Of a DNA stretch of 64,000 nucleotides, positions 53,251-64,000 are shown piece by piece. Under the pieces are notes generated by a model that saw only the letters and a program-made list of their open reading frames with translations, was not told the DNA's origin and searched no databases. Position 1 is the first letter of the stretch; the number at the start of each line of letters is the position of its first letter. The position numbers were made by a program, and so were the translations under genes. Source of the DNA: an uncultured Methanosarcinaceae archaeon (GTDB lineage Archaea > Halobacteriota > Methanosarcinia > Methanosarcinales > Methanosarcinaceae); assembly GCA_963733675.1 (NCBI GenBank), contig CAVTET010000004.1, positions 320,001 to 384,000 of the forward strand. The letters are read 5' to 3'.

Positions 53251-54107
53251 AAGTAGATATATAACTCTAATTAGATATATAGTTCTATACTGTTTGCTGT
53301 AAAATTTGCATAATAGTTATAACTTTAGAACTAAGTGGAAATACACTCAAAATATGTAATCAACCTTTTTTGCTTCGTTGTTGCACATTTCTTACTTTGA
53401 AGCCTATGAATAAATGGAAAAATAAAAAACAAAATATTTGTCAGTAAAACTATTGACTTTCCATTAATTATAATGAAGGACAAAATAGTAAGTAATCTAG
53501 AAGACTCAAAAAGAAAAAGGACAATGTTGAATACCTTAAAGAATATCGTTATTGCCCTAGAAATTAAGTGACTAACCCCTTTTTATTATCCATGGAGATA
53601 ATATCTACAAAAATGGAATTAATAACAATAAAATATTATTTATGCAATTAGTGGGATTATCAACCTGATGCTTTAAAGCTTATTCTTTTCTGATGTTTTC
53701 TCTTTATGCTTTTGGTTTAGTTAATTAGTTCCAAGTGTTCCAGTAGCTCCATATGTTCTAAAAGTCCCATAAGCTCCATGAGTAACAGATATGTATCTGG
53801 TGTGTATCTTTCCAGTGACATTTTATACTACGGATTGAAAATAACAGAATACTCTAAATTGTTTTAAACTTCCACTTTTTATCTTTTAGACTGCGTAAGT
53901 CCTATCATATTTCTGTTATGAAAATAAGTGTGTACTTTTTAACACCGTAGTCTTTTTTTAAACATACTTAGTTATATATATACAAAGACTTTATTATTTA
54001 AAAGTCTCTAATTATACTGATATATATTACATTTAAAAATCTTGTATTTTGGCATTCAGCCTAGGCTTTAGTAAAATATCAAAATAATATTTAAAAGACG
54101 ATCTATT

Positions 54108-56072
54108 ATGGAAATGAAGTATAAAATATTCCTTTTATCAATCAGCGTGATTTTACTGTCGGGGACTGCACTTGCAACATCTCTGACCTTGAAATCTACG
54201 GCACAGCCATATTACATTGATCCACAGCATAATTTGTGGCTCAAAGTTAACATGAATGGCAGAGCACACCATTTCAATGTGTACAATGCGCCTGGCTATT
54301 CCCCTAATGGGGATGCGGTCATGTGGACATGCGATAACTTTAGCTCAGGCAGCTTAAATACATCAAAGTGGACAGCTTACAAAGAAGGAAGCAATAGGTC
54401 AACAGTAGAAATACAGAATGGACATTTAGTATTGTCAGGCTCTGGCAACACATCTTCTGCAAATGTTGTGCTTAATAAACCATTTACAAATGGCATTGAA
54501 TTGGCAGTCAATGAAACATTAGCAGGGGGTACTCATGATGTTGGCACATTTACTGATGCTTCTTTTGGTGCAGGTACACTCGTAGGTGGGATAAGGGGAA
54601 CAGATTGGTGGCATACAAGATTCGCTACAGGTGGGGGCTCATTCCAAAGCCAGGGAATATATAATGCGATGATTTGGGCAAACTCAAACAGTTCGGATGT
54701 TAGTATGCCCACTCCTGGAATCAGATTAAGTGATTATGTAGAAGAGGGTATTCCACATACATTGGCATATAGTTATGATGCTTCTGGTAATGCAAATATG
54801 TACATGCTATATATAACTCAAAATCGTCTCCCTTTATCGATCCCTGATCCATATGGGTATAACCAGTTCAATCACCCATCTATCTATTTCAGTGAGACTG
54901 GTGTATTTGGTCACAAATGGTGGATGTTTGTCACACCATATGCATACTCTAACGATATATATGAAAATGCATGTTTGTACTATTCTGATGATGGATTAGT
55001 TTGGCATATACCACCTGGAGTGAGAAATCCTATAGGAACGCCAATAAAATCTGAGTATAACTCAAATGTCTATGGTTCTGATCCATATGGTTCTGATCCA
55101 CATGGTTCTGATCCTTATGGCTCTGATTCTCATCTCATATACAATCCTGATACTGGAAAATTCATGTGCTACTATGTAATTGGGGATGTAAGGAGTAATG
55201 AAACCGTAGAAGACCCGAAAGTCAAAATATATGATGGTATTACTGTTTCACCAGAAATAAATGTCACAGCTCATGGGGTATCACCCGCTGTTCTCTATGA
55301 TAAAGCCACAAAAACGTATTACATGTGGATTGTTGATATTGATCCTACTCCACATGTAATCTATAGATATACATCCACTGATGGTATACATTTTGGTAAT
55401 AAACAAGCTGTGAGTCAATCCAGTTCCTATTATCCTTGGCATATTAATGTGATGACTTATCCAGGTAAATCGACAATATATGCATTACTTACAATGTATA
55501 GTAAAGAAGGATTCACCAATAATCTGCATCTAGCTACTGCAAACAATTACACAGATAATTTCACAATTCAAAGCTCACCACTTCTAAAACTAAAGGACTC
55601 ATCATGTGCAACACATAAAGATGCTCTATTATACCGTAGTGCAGGTATATTTAGCGATGATGGAAAGCTCTTAAGACTCTGGATACCTGCACAAGATACT
55701 CTAGGGGCTTGGACTGTGTTTTACACTCAAGCAACTGAGAAAAATGGTGTATGGAAAGTTGGAGAGTTTACAACTCCCCGCGCACCACTTATGACAATCA
55801 AAAATACACAATATCTTTATACCCCAAAACAGTGGATGCTATCACAAGGCGATTCTCCAAAAAGTCATGGAGTCAAAAGAGAAATCAATGAAGTTTGGGG
55901 ATATAAAACAGGTCACACACCAAAAATAAACGCAAAAAATATGGGAACATATACTCAAATTGATGTTAAGCCAACCGATTTACAAAACGTGTCTAATTAC
56001 CAGGTAATGATCCCTGCTAGTATGCTTAACATATCATCACAGAGCGAGTCTCTGGATGTAGAGCGTGCATAA
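54108..56072 (+). CDS. Secreted protein with probable five-bladed beta-propeller (glycoside hydrolase-like) domain
   Basis: Signal peptide; NHPSI, WWMFVTPY..ENACLYYSDDGLVW, SPAVLYD, STDG, PWH, LYRS. Confidence 0.75.
   Translation: MEMKYKIFLLSISVILLSGTALATSLTLKSTAQPYYIDPQHNLWLKVNMNGRAHHFNVYNAPGYSPNGDAVMWTCDNFSSGSLNTSKWTAYKEGSNRSTVEIQNGHLVLSGSGNTSSANVVLNKPFTNGIELAVNETLAGGTHDVGTFTDASFGAGTLVGGIRGTDWWHTRFATGGGSFQSQGIYNAMIWANSNSSDVSMPTPGIRLSDYVEEGIPHTLAYSYDASGNANMYMLYITQNRLPLSIPDPYGYNQFNHPSIYFSETGVFGHKWWMFVTPYAYSNDIYENACLYYSDDGLVWHIPPGVRNPIGTPIKSEYNSNVYGSDPYGSDPHGSDPYGSDSHLIYNPDTGKFMCYYVIGDVRSNETVEDPKVKIYDGITVSPEINVTAHGVSPAVLYDKATKTYYMWIVDIDPTPHVIYRYTSTDGIHFGNKQAVSQSSSYYPWHINVMTYPGKSTIYALLTMYSKEGFTNNLHLATANNYTDNFTIQSSPLLKLKDSSCATHKDALLYRSAGIFSDDGKLLRLWIPAQDTLGAWTVFYTQATEKNGVWKVGEFTTPRAPLMTIKNTQYLYTPKQWMLSQGDSPKSHGVKREINEVWGYKTGHTPKINAKNMGTYTQIDVKPTDLQNVSNYQVMIPASMLNISSQSESLDVERA
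55071..55130 (+). repeat. 15-bp coding tandem repeat x4 (YGSDP/HGSDP)
   Basis: TATGGTTCTGATCCA-like units. Confidence 0.9.
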
Positions 56073-56422
56073 GTGCAAAATGTTAGGATATTATAAAATA
56101 TCTTATTATAAAATATCAGAATGTTATAAAGATAATTAGATATAATGTTGCTGTTAAAGTATCTGGTTTACCATCATTTTCATCCATTTTTTTCGTTTCG
56201 TGACATGATCATTATTCAGCACTTAATCGAAGATGTATGGTAACTTTTTACAACATGTCATTATTGACTTTTCGGATAGGTTTTTAGAGAAAAACAAAAA
56301 GTAAAGTTATTTTGGAACGTTATTTATATTGACTAAATCAATCCACTTAAGAAATAGGAGATGTACCACATCTCCAGAAGTCTGTGAGCTTGAAGATGAG
56401 ATGAGTTCGGATATGCTGATGT

Positions 56423-56680
56423 TTATGTAGCTTGTTTTGTTTCTGGATCTTTTGATGCTGTTTCTGGATCTTTTGCGGCATCAGCATTTCGCTTTTGAAT
56501 GTGTTGTGCAAATTGATAATATTTTCCAGATTTCTCGGTCTTGCCTTTTTGATACCATGAATTGAAAGTCTGATATGTAATTCCTGCAGCTTCAACAGCA
56601 AGCGAGAAAGTCAATCCGAGAGCTACACCATCGCCGATTTTCTATTGTACTTCATGAGTGAGCTTTGTAGGACGTGGCAT
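56423..56680 (-). pseudogene. HTH / terminase small subunit-like protein remnant, copy 1
   Basis: MPRPTKLTHEVQ*KIGDGVALGLTFSLAVEAAGITYQTFNSW; truncated. Confidence 0.6.
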
Positions 56681-57059
56681 GATAACACAGCTTTTTATTT
56701 TACATAGTTAATATGAGTAAGTCTTGTATTTAATGTTTCTTTAGTTCTTTTATGCACTAAGGCGGGGTTTTGACTAGATTAATCAAAAATGGGCCATTTT
56801 CAGGCGTTTTAAGACGTTTTTTTACCAAAGTAATATTCATAGGACTTCTGATAAATGTCTCACTCGCGAGCTTAGGTTAAGTCGTTTTTCGGCCAATTTC
56901 ATTCCCCATGTTTTAAATTTGGCTGCATGGTAAGTATCTACACGATATTTTTCCATATGATTTTATAACTTTACAATAGTAAAAATTATGTCTAATGAAA
57001 TATTTGCTTAAATTTTTAGCTAGAATTTCAATCCTATTCTATACTATTTAGTTATAACT

Positions 57060-57981
57060 ACTGCTATTTAGTATATATGCAAAAACTATATATTGAATCA
57101 AATATAGTTACAATTATAGGATCTCTCAACCTTTAATTAAACCTACTCATGGACTGCGGGCACCGGCATCCTGCAGTTTACAAGATCAACTTTTTTGACA
57201 TTCGACATCAGCCAAATTGCCTAAGCTTATAAAAAATTAATTTTAAGATAAATATTTTCCCTACACGATTGATACTTTATTGTTAGTTGGTTTTTTGAAA
57301 TATCTATTGTTTTGCTCTTAGTCTCCTTATTTACTTAATATATTTATAGTGAAAGTTAATGGCATATTTTATAGGATTTTGAGAAGAGTAAAATTCTACC
57401 CTACAATTGACTAACTTGATAAGGATCCCTATATTATAATTCATGTGATAAGAATCACGTAGTTTGAATATTAATTAGTTCAAATTAGTGCTATTTAGAC
57501 TATATGCAATAGATATATCACAAATCAAATAGAGTTATAAAGTATAGGTTTCCCCACCTTGTAGTAGACTTTCCATCGGGCTGTAGGTATCCCCGCAGCT
57601 CATAATATCCACTTCTTGATATCTAATATCAGCCCAGTCATCTAAGCTAATTGAATAAAGTAGGAAAAGATTGATTTTGGGACGATTTAAGGCGTTTTTT
57701 GAGTAGGTCAGAGTATTCCACCTTACATAGATTATAAGCCTGTCATAGGAACTGAGATGAAATCAGTGATTTGTGAGCATGAAAAGGCGTTCAGATGTTA
57801 TAATTCATGAGAACAGAATTATTTAATTTTATTTAGTGCTATTTAGAATATATGCAAAAAATATATATTCAATCGAATTTTGTTATATCCTATAGGTATT
57901 CTGGTACCTTGCAATAGATTCTCCAACAGGCTGCAGGATTCCCTACTCCTGCAGCTACAAGATCAACTTTTTTGACAATTA
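57060..57981 (+). repeat. Three diverged ~145-bp non-coding modules (57060-57205, 57483-57625, 57831-57981)
   Basis: Each has GCTATTTAG..TATATGCAA, TATAGG and a CTGYRGG...CCYGCAG hairpin. Confidence 0.75.
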
Positions 57982-58363
57982 AAATCATCTTATTGAGCCA
58001 GATAATTAACAACAACTTATTTATATAGGAATATAACTTTTAGATTCTGACTCAGTTATCATAAATTTAGATTCTAAGTTATTTAATATAGAAAATTCCC
58101 GGAGAAATATTGGAAAAGTTAATAAATTTGTGATGTGTATCGAGATTTCCTAATAATTTAATACAAATGTATTTTTTGTAAAAGATTTCTGTGTCCTTAT
58201 TGACTTAGACTCTGTTTAGTTTCGGAGATGTATAATTTAAAAATTTGACGTTAGTTACAAGAGGCACTCATTTCTTTCAAACAGTTTAAGATTCCGGGAG
58301 AGATCTATATGAGACTATTTATAAATTAAGCTAATTTCCAATCACAGGCAAGGAAGGACATAT

Positions 58364-60202
58364 TTGAACGCTTTAATTCTTGTGCTCTTTTCATTGAGTG
58401 TATTTGCATTTGCCTACAGATATTATAGCCTTTTTATAGCGACTAAAGTTTTAGAAATTAATCCTAGCAAGTAAACAACAGCAAAAACTATGGCTGATGG
58501 ACACGATTATCATGAAACCGATAGATATGTGCTATTTGGCCATCACTTTGCAGCGATTGCCGCAGCTGGACCCCTTATCGGGCCTGTTCTTGCTGCACAG
58601 TTTGGATATCTACCTGGAGCACTTTGGATAATAATCGGAGCGGTAGTTGCAGGAGCGGTCCATGATATGGTAGCACTCTTTGCATCGGTGAGGTACCAGG
58701 GCCGAAGTTTGCCCTTGATTGCTAAGGAAGAAATTGGAAGTAAAGCTGGTACTGTGGCTTCTTTCGCCGTATTATTTATTTTAATATTGACTCTTGCTGG
58801 ATTATCTATATCTGTTGTTAATGCATTATTTAATAGCCCTTGGGGTATATTCACGGTTTTTTGCACCATACCTATTGCTCTACTTATGGGATTTTACATT
58901 CATATTCTGAGGCCTGGAGATGTGAAAGGGGGAAGTGTTTTAGGTGTAATTCTGCTAGCTTTGGTATTATATTTCGGCCCTTACGTGGCTGCCAATCCTG
59001 TGCTAGCTTCAATGCTCACATTTTCTCAGAATTCTTTAGCATTATCAATTCCTATATACGGTTTCATCGCTTCGATACTGCCAGTTTGGCTGTTACTTTG
59101 TCCAAGAGACTATCTATCTACCTATCTAAAAGTTGGAACTATTTTAGTCCTTGCACTAGAGATATTTGTGGTTCATCCTGAAATGAATATGCCTGCGATG
59201 ACCAGTTATGTGCATGGTGGAGGACCAGTTACCAGGCGCAGGCAGTTTTCCCATTCTTGTTTATTACAATAGCCTGCGGTGCCATATCTGGCTTTCATTC
59301 TATTATTGCCACAGGTACTACACCCAAGATGATATCTAGTGAAAAAGATATCCGTTTTATTGGGTACGGCGCCATGATGGTCGAAGGCTTCGTAGCTATA
59401 ATGGCCTTGATCGCAGCTTGTGTTCTTTTGCCACAAGATTACTTTGCCATAAATGCTTCAGGGCCGGCCTATGCTTCGCTAGGCATGACACCAGTACATC
59501 TCCCTGCTTCTTGCCATTTCTGTGGGAGAAAATCTATTAGGAAGAACCGGGGGTGCGGTATCTATGGCCGTAGGAATGGCTTATATTTTTTCATCTCTTC
59601 CCTTCATGAAAGGGCTTATAGCCTACTGGTACCACTTTGCCATAATGTTTGAAGCTCTGTTTATTCTGACTGCTGTCGATACTGGAACTCGGGCTGGCAG
59701 ATACCTGCTGCAAGAGATGGTGGGTAAAGCAATTCCCAAATTCAGCGAGAAGAAATGGGTTCCAGGCATTGTTATAACCAGTTTGGTTTTCACTGCATCA
59801 TGGGGATATCTGCTTTATACTGGGAACATAACCACTATCTGGCCAATATTTGGTATGTCTAATCAATTACTGGCAGCATGTGCACTAATTATAGGCACAA
59901 CTATGATACTAGGTATGGGCAAGGGTAAGTATGCTCTAATCACAGCTGTCCCAGGGTTGTTCATGATACCTGTTACTTTCAGCGCTGGATATTTGAATAT
60001 TGTTACAAACTATATGCCTAAGGGACTATACCTATTGGTCTTCCTGACTGCCATACTGATGTTCCTTACAGCTATCATATTCATAGAAGCTTTCAAGAAA
60101 TGGTATAAACTTATTCAGGTTCATAACAAACCCATTAACGGATCCGGCCGTATGCCGATCAAGTTTAATCAAGGAGAGTTCTGCGAACAGCCGAAAATAT
60201 GA
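58364..60202 (+). pseudogene. cstA: Carbon starvation protein A (peptide/pyruvate transporter) pseudogene
   Basis: TTG start, in-frame TAA at 58472, [35 protein letters not shown]; two frameshifts. Confidence 0.93.
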
Positions 60203-60219
60203 GAATTTAGGTTTATTAG

Positions 60220-60244
60220 ATTGCTTGCTTCGCAGGCGATTTTT
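60220..60244 (+). terminator. Hairpin plus T-tract after cstA
   Basis: ATTGCTTGC-TTC-GCAGGCGAT followed by TTTT. Confidence 0.5.
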
Positions 60245-61195
60245 GACCTTTATTCATTTTTCCTTAATTTTTTCACCAGGGTTATACAAGACCATTACTT
60301 CCATCCCCTAGCCTTCTGTTTTTTCATTTACATGTAAGAAAATATTATTTTCATCTTTTTTTTGTTCATCACCAACTACCATAACTACCTATATTGTTTA
60401 CAACTCTCTTTAATCATTACTTAAAAATCAAATAATATTTCATCAGTAAGATAATAATTATGTATTTGTTATGTGACTTTGCAAGACAGCAAGTAGAATA
60501 TATCCATTCAATATCTCTCGGAATTATTAATTTCTGTTTGACAGTATGTAACTGGTTAAGTCTGGTTACGGTTTATGATGCCAAAACTATAGAGTCTGTT
60601 TCATTTTTATCTCCAGATAAGCGAAAACTCAAAGGAATTTTCTCTTTTACCTAATACAGCCATGCTAGATTAAAATTTCACCATTCTTCAACTAATCCAT
60701 GCATTTGAAAGATTCAGCTTGCTTCAAAAGTGAATATGCTTATAGCTTATATTCTATCCGAAAAGTCCTTAATGGCATGTTGGAAAGTATTTAGACAGGA
60801 GCATTACATACACACCAATTTTGTGAGCTCATTAGAAGCCCATGGAGAAGTTTGAATCATATAGCTAATAGATAATAATCATTAACTCATTAAAAATTAT
60901 GCTTAGAAGAATTGTAAGAATGTGATTTTATAATTATTATATCGTATATTATTTTCAAAATAACAAAGATGAAATTTTTGGATGCCAAGAGTAGTCTTCT
61001 TGAATTCGAAAAATAATTTCTTTTTTATGAGACTTCTTTAAAAGACAAAGCTAGATTAAAACTTAAAAGTGTTTTTCTTATGCGCTGAAAGTTAGTTTTT
61101 GAACTTCTGCGGGGCTGATCGGTAAAGTGAAATAAACAGATCAAATAAATCCGACCTTATAGTCGTAAATATAAAAGAGAGATCGGTTACTGATT

Positions 61196-61651
61196 TTAAG
61201 GCAGTATTTGATGTAGTGTAGTCTCATGCAAGGACTTATCAAATTTTTCTAGAATTTTTTTCCTAATTCCATCTGTATCATTGATAGTTAACTCTATATT
61301 TTCGTTTTTATTTTCTGATACAACATCCATTTTTCTGTACACACGCCTGCCAAAACAATCAGGGAAACGTCGCTCCAGTATCCACATGCAAACCTGGCAA
61401 TTTCCAGCTGCAGTTGCATCATTTAACTGTTCAAGACGTTTCTTAGCCCCGTCCGCATTACATTTTGGGATATATTGATAAAACTAATTATATTTCTCAG
61501 ATTTATCTGTCTGCCCCCTTTTCGGCCAAAGATTTAGCGTCTTGTATGTTATTCCAACGGCTTCAGCAGCAAGAGAGTATGTGAGTCCCAAAGCAACATT
61601 CTCGCCGATTCTTTGTTGCAGCCCAGGAATTAACTTAGTAGGGCGTACCAT
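61196..61651 (-). pseudogene. HTH / terminase small subunit-like protein remnant, copy 2
   Basis: MVRPTKLIPGLQQRIGENVALGLTYSLAAEAVGIT...MWILERRFPDCFGRR; frameshift and stop. Confidence 0.65.
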
Positions 61652-62386
61652 AAATTCACCGTTTTACTTTACAATTAATATTGGTTAGTCTTGTACTTTA
61701 ATATTTAGTTAGTTTTGTTCTGTATAGAAACGGGGCTTATACCAGTTAAATCGACAATGAACCATTCTCAAACGCTGTAAACTATTTTATTGATTCGGGT
61801 AGTGATCTCATGGAACTTCGATTAGAAGGTTCTGTAGTAATCCCAGATTAAATCATTGTTTAGATAAATGAAATGCCCATGATTTTGCTGCAACGATACG
61901 GTAAGTAACCACGAGACATTTTTCATACGTTTTTATTCAGTTAAACTAATAAAAAGCTGTTCAATAAAAATAGTTATTCAGGTTTTGAGAGAGAATTTCG
62001 CCTAAACTTCAGATTCCTTAGTTTTTAGGTCGTGAAATAAAAATATATTCAAAAAAAGTCAAAATACTTAAACACCACAGATTTATGAGAAGTATATAGT
62101 AAAACGACCGATTGTGGGGCGATTTAAGACATTTTTTTCAGCAAGTTGAGTAATTAACATTAGATTAATTATGAACTCGTTGTAGGGGGTTGAAATCAAG
62201 CCCAGGAACCGGTAAACTTTCTGATATTTAGACTGATATTATTCATTTTTTGTTGGTATGCGAACATTTGCCCTAGCTTCATCGTAAATTGGCTTGATCG
62301 CCTACTATGAGATTGTTTCCCAGAATTCATGCTTGAAATGTAAAAATCAAGAGCCTATAAGGGTCAGGTCCCCCCCAGAATCACTG

Positions 62387-62416
62387 ATATCAATATCAAT
62401 ATCAATATCAATATCA
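62387..62416 (+). repeat. (ATATCA)5 microsatellite
   Basis: Direct reading. Confidence 0.9.
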
Positions 62417-62491
62417 ATAAAAAGGAAAGATAGTATTTTGAGTTCCTACCATTCTCAAGCTTTTACCGTCCCTTCAGGCGCCATTATTCGA

Positions 62492-62836
62492 TTATTTGAC
62501 ATATGTTTTTAAAGTGGGGTACTCTTCATAACAATTGTCACATACAACAGTTACAGTGGGACTTTTACCCCGTTGTCTTACAGTTTGTATCATCCCACAT
62601 TTTTCTAACTCGTCCAATGCTTTCGGAAAAGCCCAATCAGGGATAGGTAGAAATGAGTTTATTCCCTTCTGGGTGACTACTAAATCATTAGATTTCTTCA
62701 CCCCTTTTAAATGCCAGATATACATAGCCACCCTATATGTATGCCCAAATGAATTGGAAGATAACTTTACAATCCATTCTGAAGGCATTTGAGATATGAA
62801 AGACCCCTTTATTTTATCTTTAGAATTTACTAGCAT
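62492..62836 (-). CDS. Winged-helix DNA-binding protein (virus/plasmid-like)
   Basis: KALDELEKCGMIQTVRQRGKSPTVTVV wing motif. Confidence 0.6.
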   Translation of the reverse strand: MLVNSKDKIKGSFISQMPSEWIVKLSSNSFGHTYRVAMYIWHLKGVKKSNDLVVTQKGINSFLPIPDWAFPKALDELEKCGMIQTVRQRGKSPTVTVVCDNCYEEYPTLKTYVK

Positions 62837-62934
62837 ACTTTACCCCATTTAATATTACTTCTAAATATTAAGAAGAAAGAAATGAGTTATACTAAAGAAA
62901 TATAAGTAGTAAAACAGACATCATAAGACTTTAG

Positions 62935-63046
62935 AATTTAGCTGCACAGCTAATTAATTTTAGCTGCAGGGCGAAATATATTTTGCTGGGTAGCTAATTA
63001 ATATTGCTCTACAGCTAAATTGGGATTAGGTTCTACAGCTAAATTG
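62935..63046. promoter_or_regulatory. Array of (C/T)AGCTAA(A/T)T sites (iteron/operator-like)
   Basis: Six copies, direct and inverted, including TCTACAGCTAAATTG twice at 24-bp spacing. Confidence 0.6.
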
Positions 63047-63392
63047 AAAAGTCTGGCAAAAATCTTTGAGCCTCATTTATGGTGGTTTTTACTCTTGTTT
63101 TACCTCTGTGAGTATTCGCATAATAAGATTCCAGGTTTCAGCACCTTTTAGGACTATCTAAATATTATTAATAATTTTTAGCAATACTGATTTTAAACTC
63201 TGTTAATGTCTATTCACAATGTGTTAGCGAAGCAAAAAGATGGGGTTTGACACAGAAGTGAGTTAATTTAATAGAAATGATGCTTAAAAATAATAGTTAA
63301 AACGTTTGATAGTTTCGATGTGATACAAATAAATCATACCGAAGGCTACAAAAAGATTGGGGGAGCAACGCTATCATCTTTTAGTTTAATTC

Positions 63393-63896
63393 TCATAACG
63401 TCTTTGAACCTGAGAATTTTAACAATGAACTTAATAATAAGTCGGCAGATTCCCCTTTTATAATAAGTACTGCTTTTCTCGAGTGTCTAATCACATTTTC
63501 GGCTACACTTCCGACCAGGAATCTCTGGAGTTCAGTTTTTTCGTGTGTGCCCATAACGATAAGGTCGATGTCGTTATTTTCTGCAAAATCTATAATCTCA
63601 TTTGCAGGATTTCCTTCAATAATTACAGATTCTACATCAATATTTGCAGCTTTTCCAACGTTCTCGACATAAGCTGTTGCCTTCTCACCCTTTATCATGA
63701 GTTGCTTTTTCATTGTCTTTTTCCATTTCTCATCTAAGGAATGAATTATTGAATAACTCCCAATTGCGATAACGTGTACAGCATATAATTTTGCCTCACT
63801 TAATTTTGCAATTTCAACTGCTGACTTAACTGCTTGTTTTACCAATTCTGAACCGTCGGTTGCAACCATTATCTTCCTGAAAATTGCACTTTTCAT
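63393..63896 (-). CDS. Universal stress protein (UspA family)
   Basis: KIMVATDGS, GNPANEI, DLIVMG, GSVAENV. Confidence 0.93.
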   Translation of the reverse strand: MKSAIFRKIMVATDGSELVKQAVKSAVEIAKLSEAKLYAVHVIAIGSYSIIHSLDEKWKKTMKKQLMIKGEKATAYVENVGKAANIDVESVIIEGNPANEIIDFAENNDIDLIVMGTHEKTELQRFLVGSVAENVIRHSRKAVLIIKGESADLLLSSLLKFSGSKTL

Positions 63897-64000
63897 TTCT
63901 AATTCCCCTTTTCCATTTCGTTTTTTACATCAATATAGGATAATACGCACTTATGATGCAAAATCAAATATCTTAACCGGCATAGTTAAAATTTGAATTT

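Noticed and set aside
57060-57981. CRISPR array
   Set aside because: Repeats are long, diverged and hundreds of bp apart; no short regularly spaced repeats or cas genes were seen in the window.
58364-60202. Pyrrolysine (TAG) read-through rescuing pseudogenes
   Set aside because: The cstA and CDF lesions are TAA, TGA or frameshifts; the TAG in the terminase-like remnant and the kinase fragment's stop accompany truncations.

Overview
Archaeal chromosome segment, very probably Methanosarcina (inferred from the protein sequences and gene content). Intact housekeeping genes include alaS, rnhB, pncB, a Trm5/TYW2-type methyltransferase, beta-RFAP synthase-nop5-fibrillarin, tgtA, PAC2, a thermosome subunit, rubrerythrin and a USP. 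They sit in an AT-rich, heavily eroded accessory background with many pseudogenes (cdc6, cstA, GH130, CDF, matrixin, TPR, IS200, IS66). There are two IS6-family elements, a 150-bp MITE family that carries their TIRs, and a second ~88-bp MITE family. The best-supported discovery is that two 150-bp MITE copies, identical by eye, lie in inverted orientation at 16582 and 52541. They share one split 8-bp target duplication and cut an 88-bp MITE into halves 36 kb apart, which is the footprint of a MITE-mediated, IS26-like inversion. Other leads are a secreted protein with alveolin/articulin-like repeats, a UbiA-GGR-radical SAM operon, triplicated hairpin modules, a degraded virus/plasmid-like remnant with iteron-like repeats, and a compositionally anomalous segment replacing the 5' half of a CDF gene. 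No rRNA, tRNA or CRISPR array was recognised. All family assignments are by eye; no database search was run.
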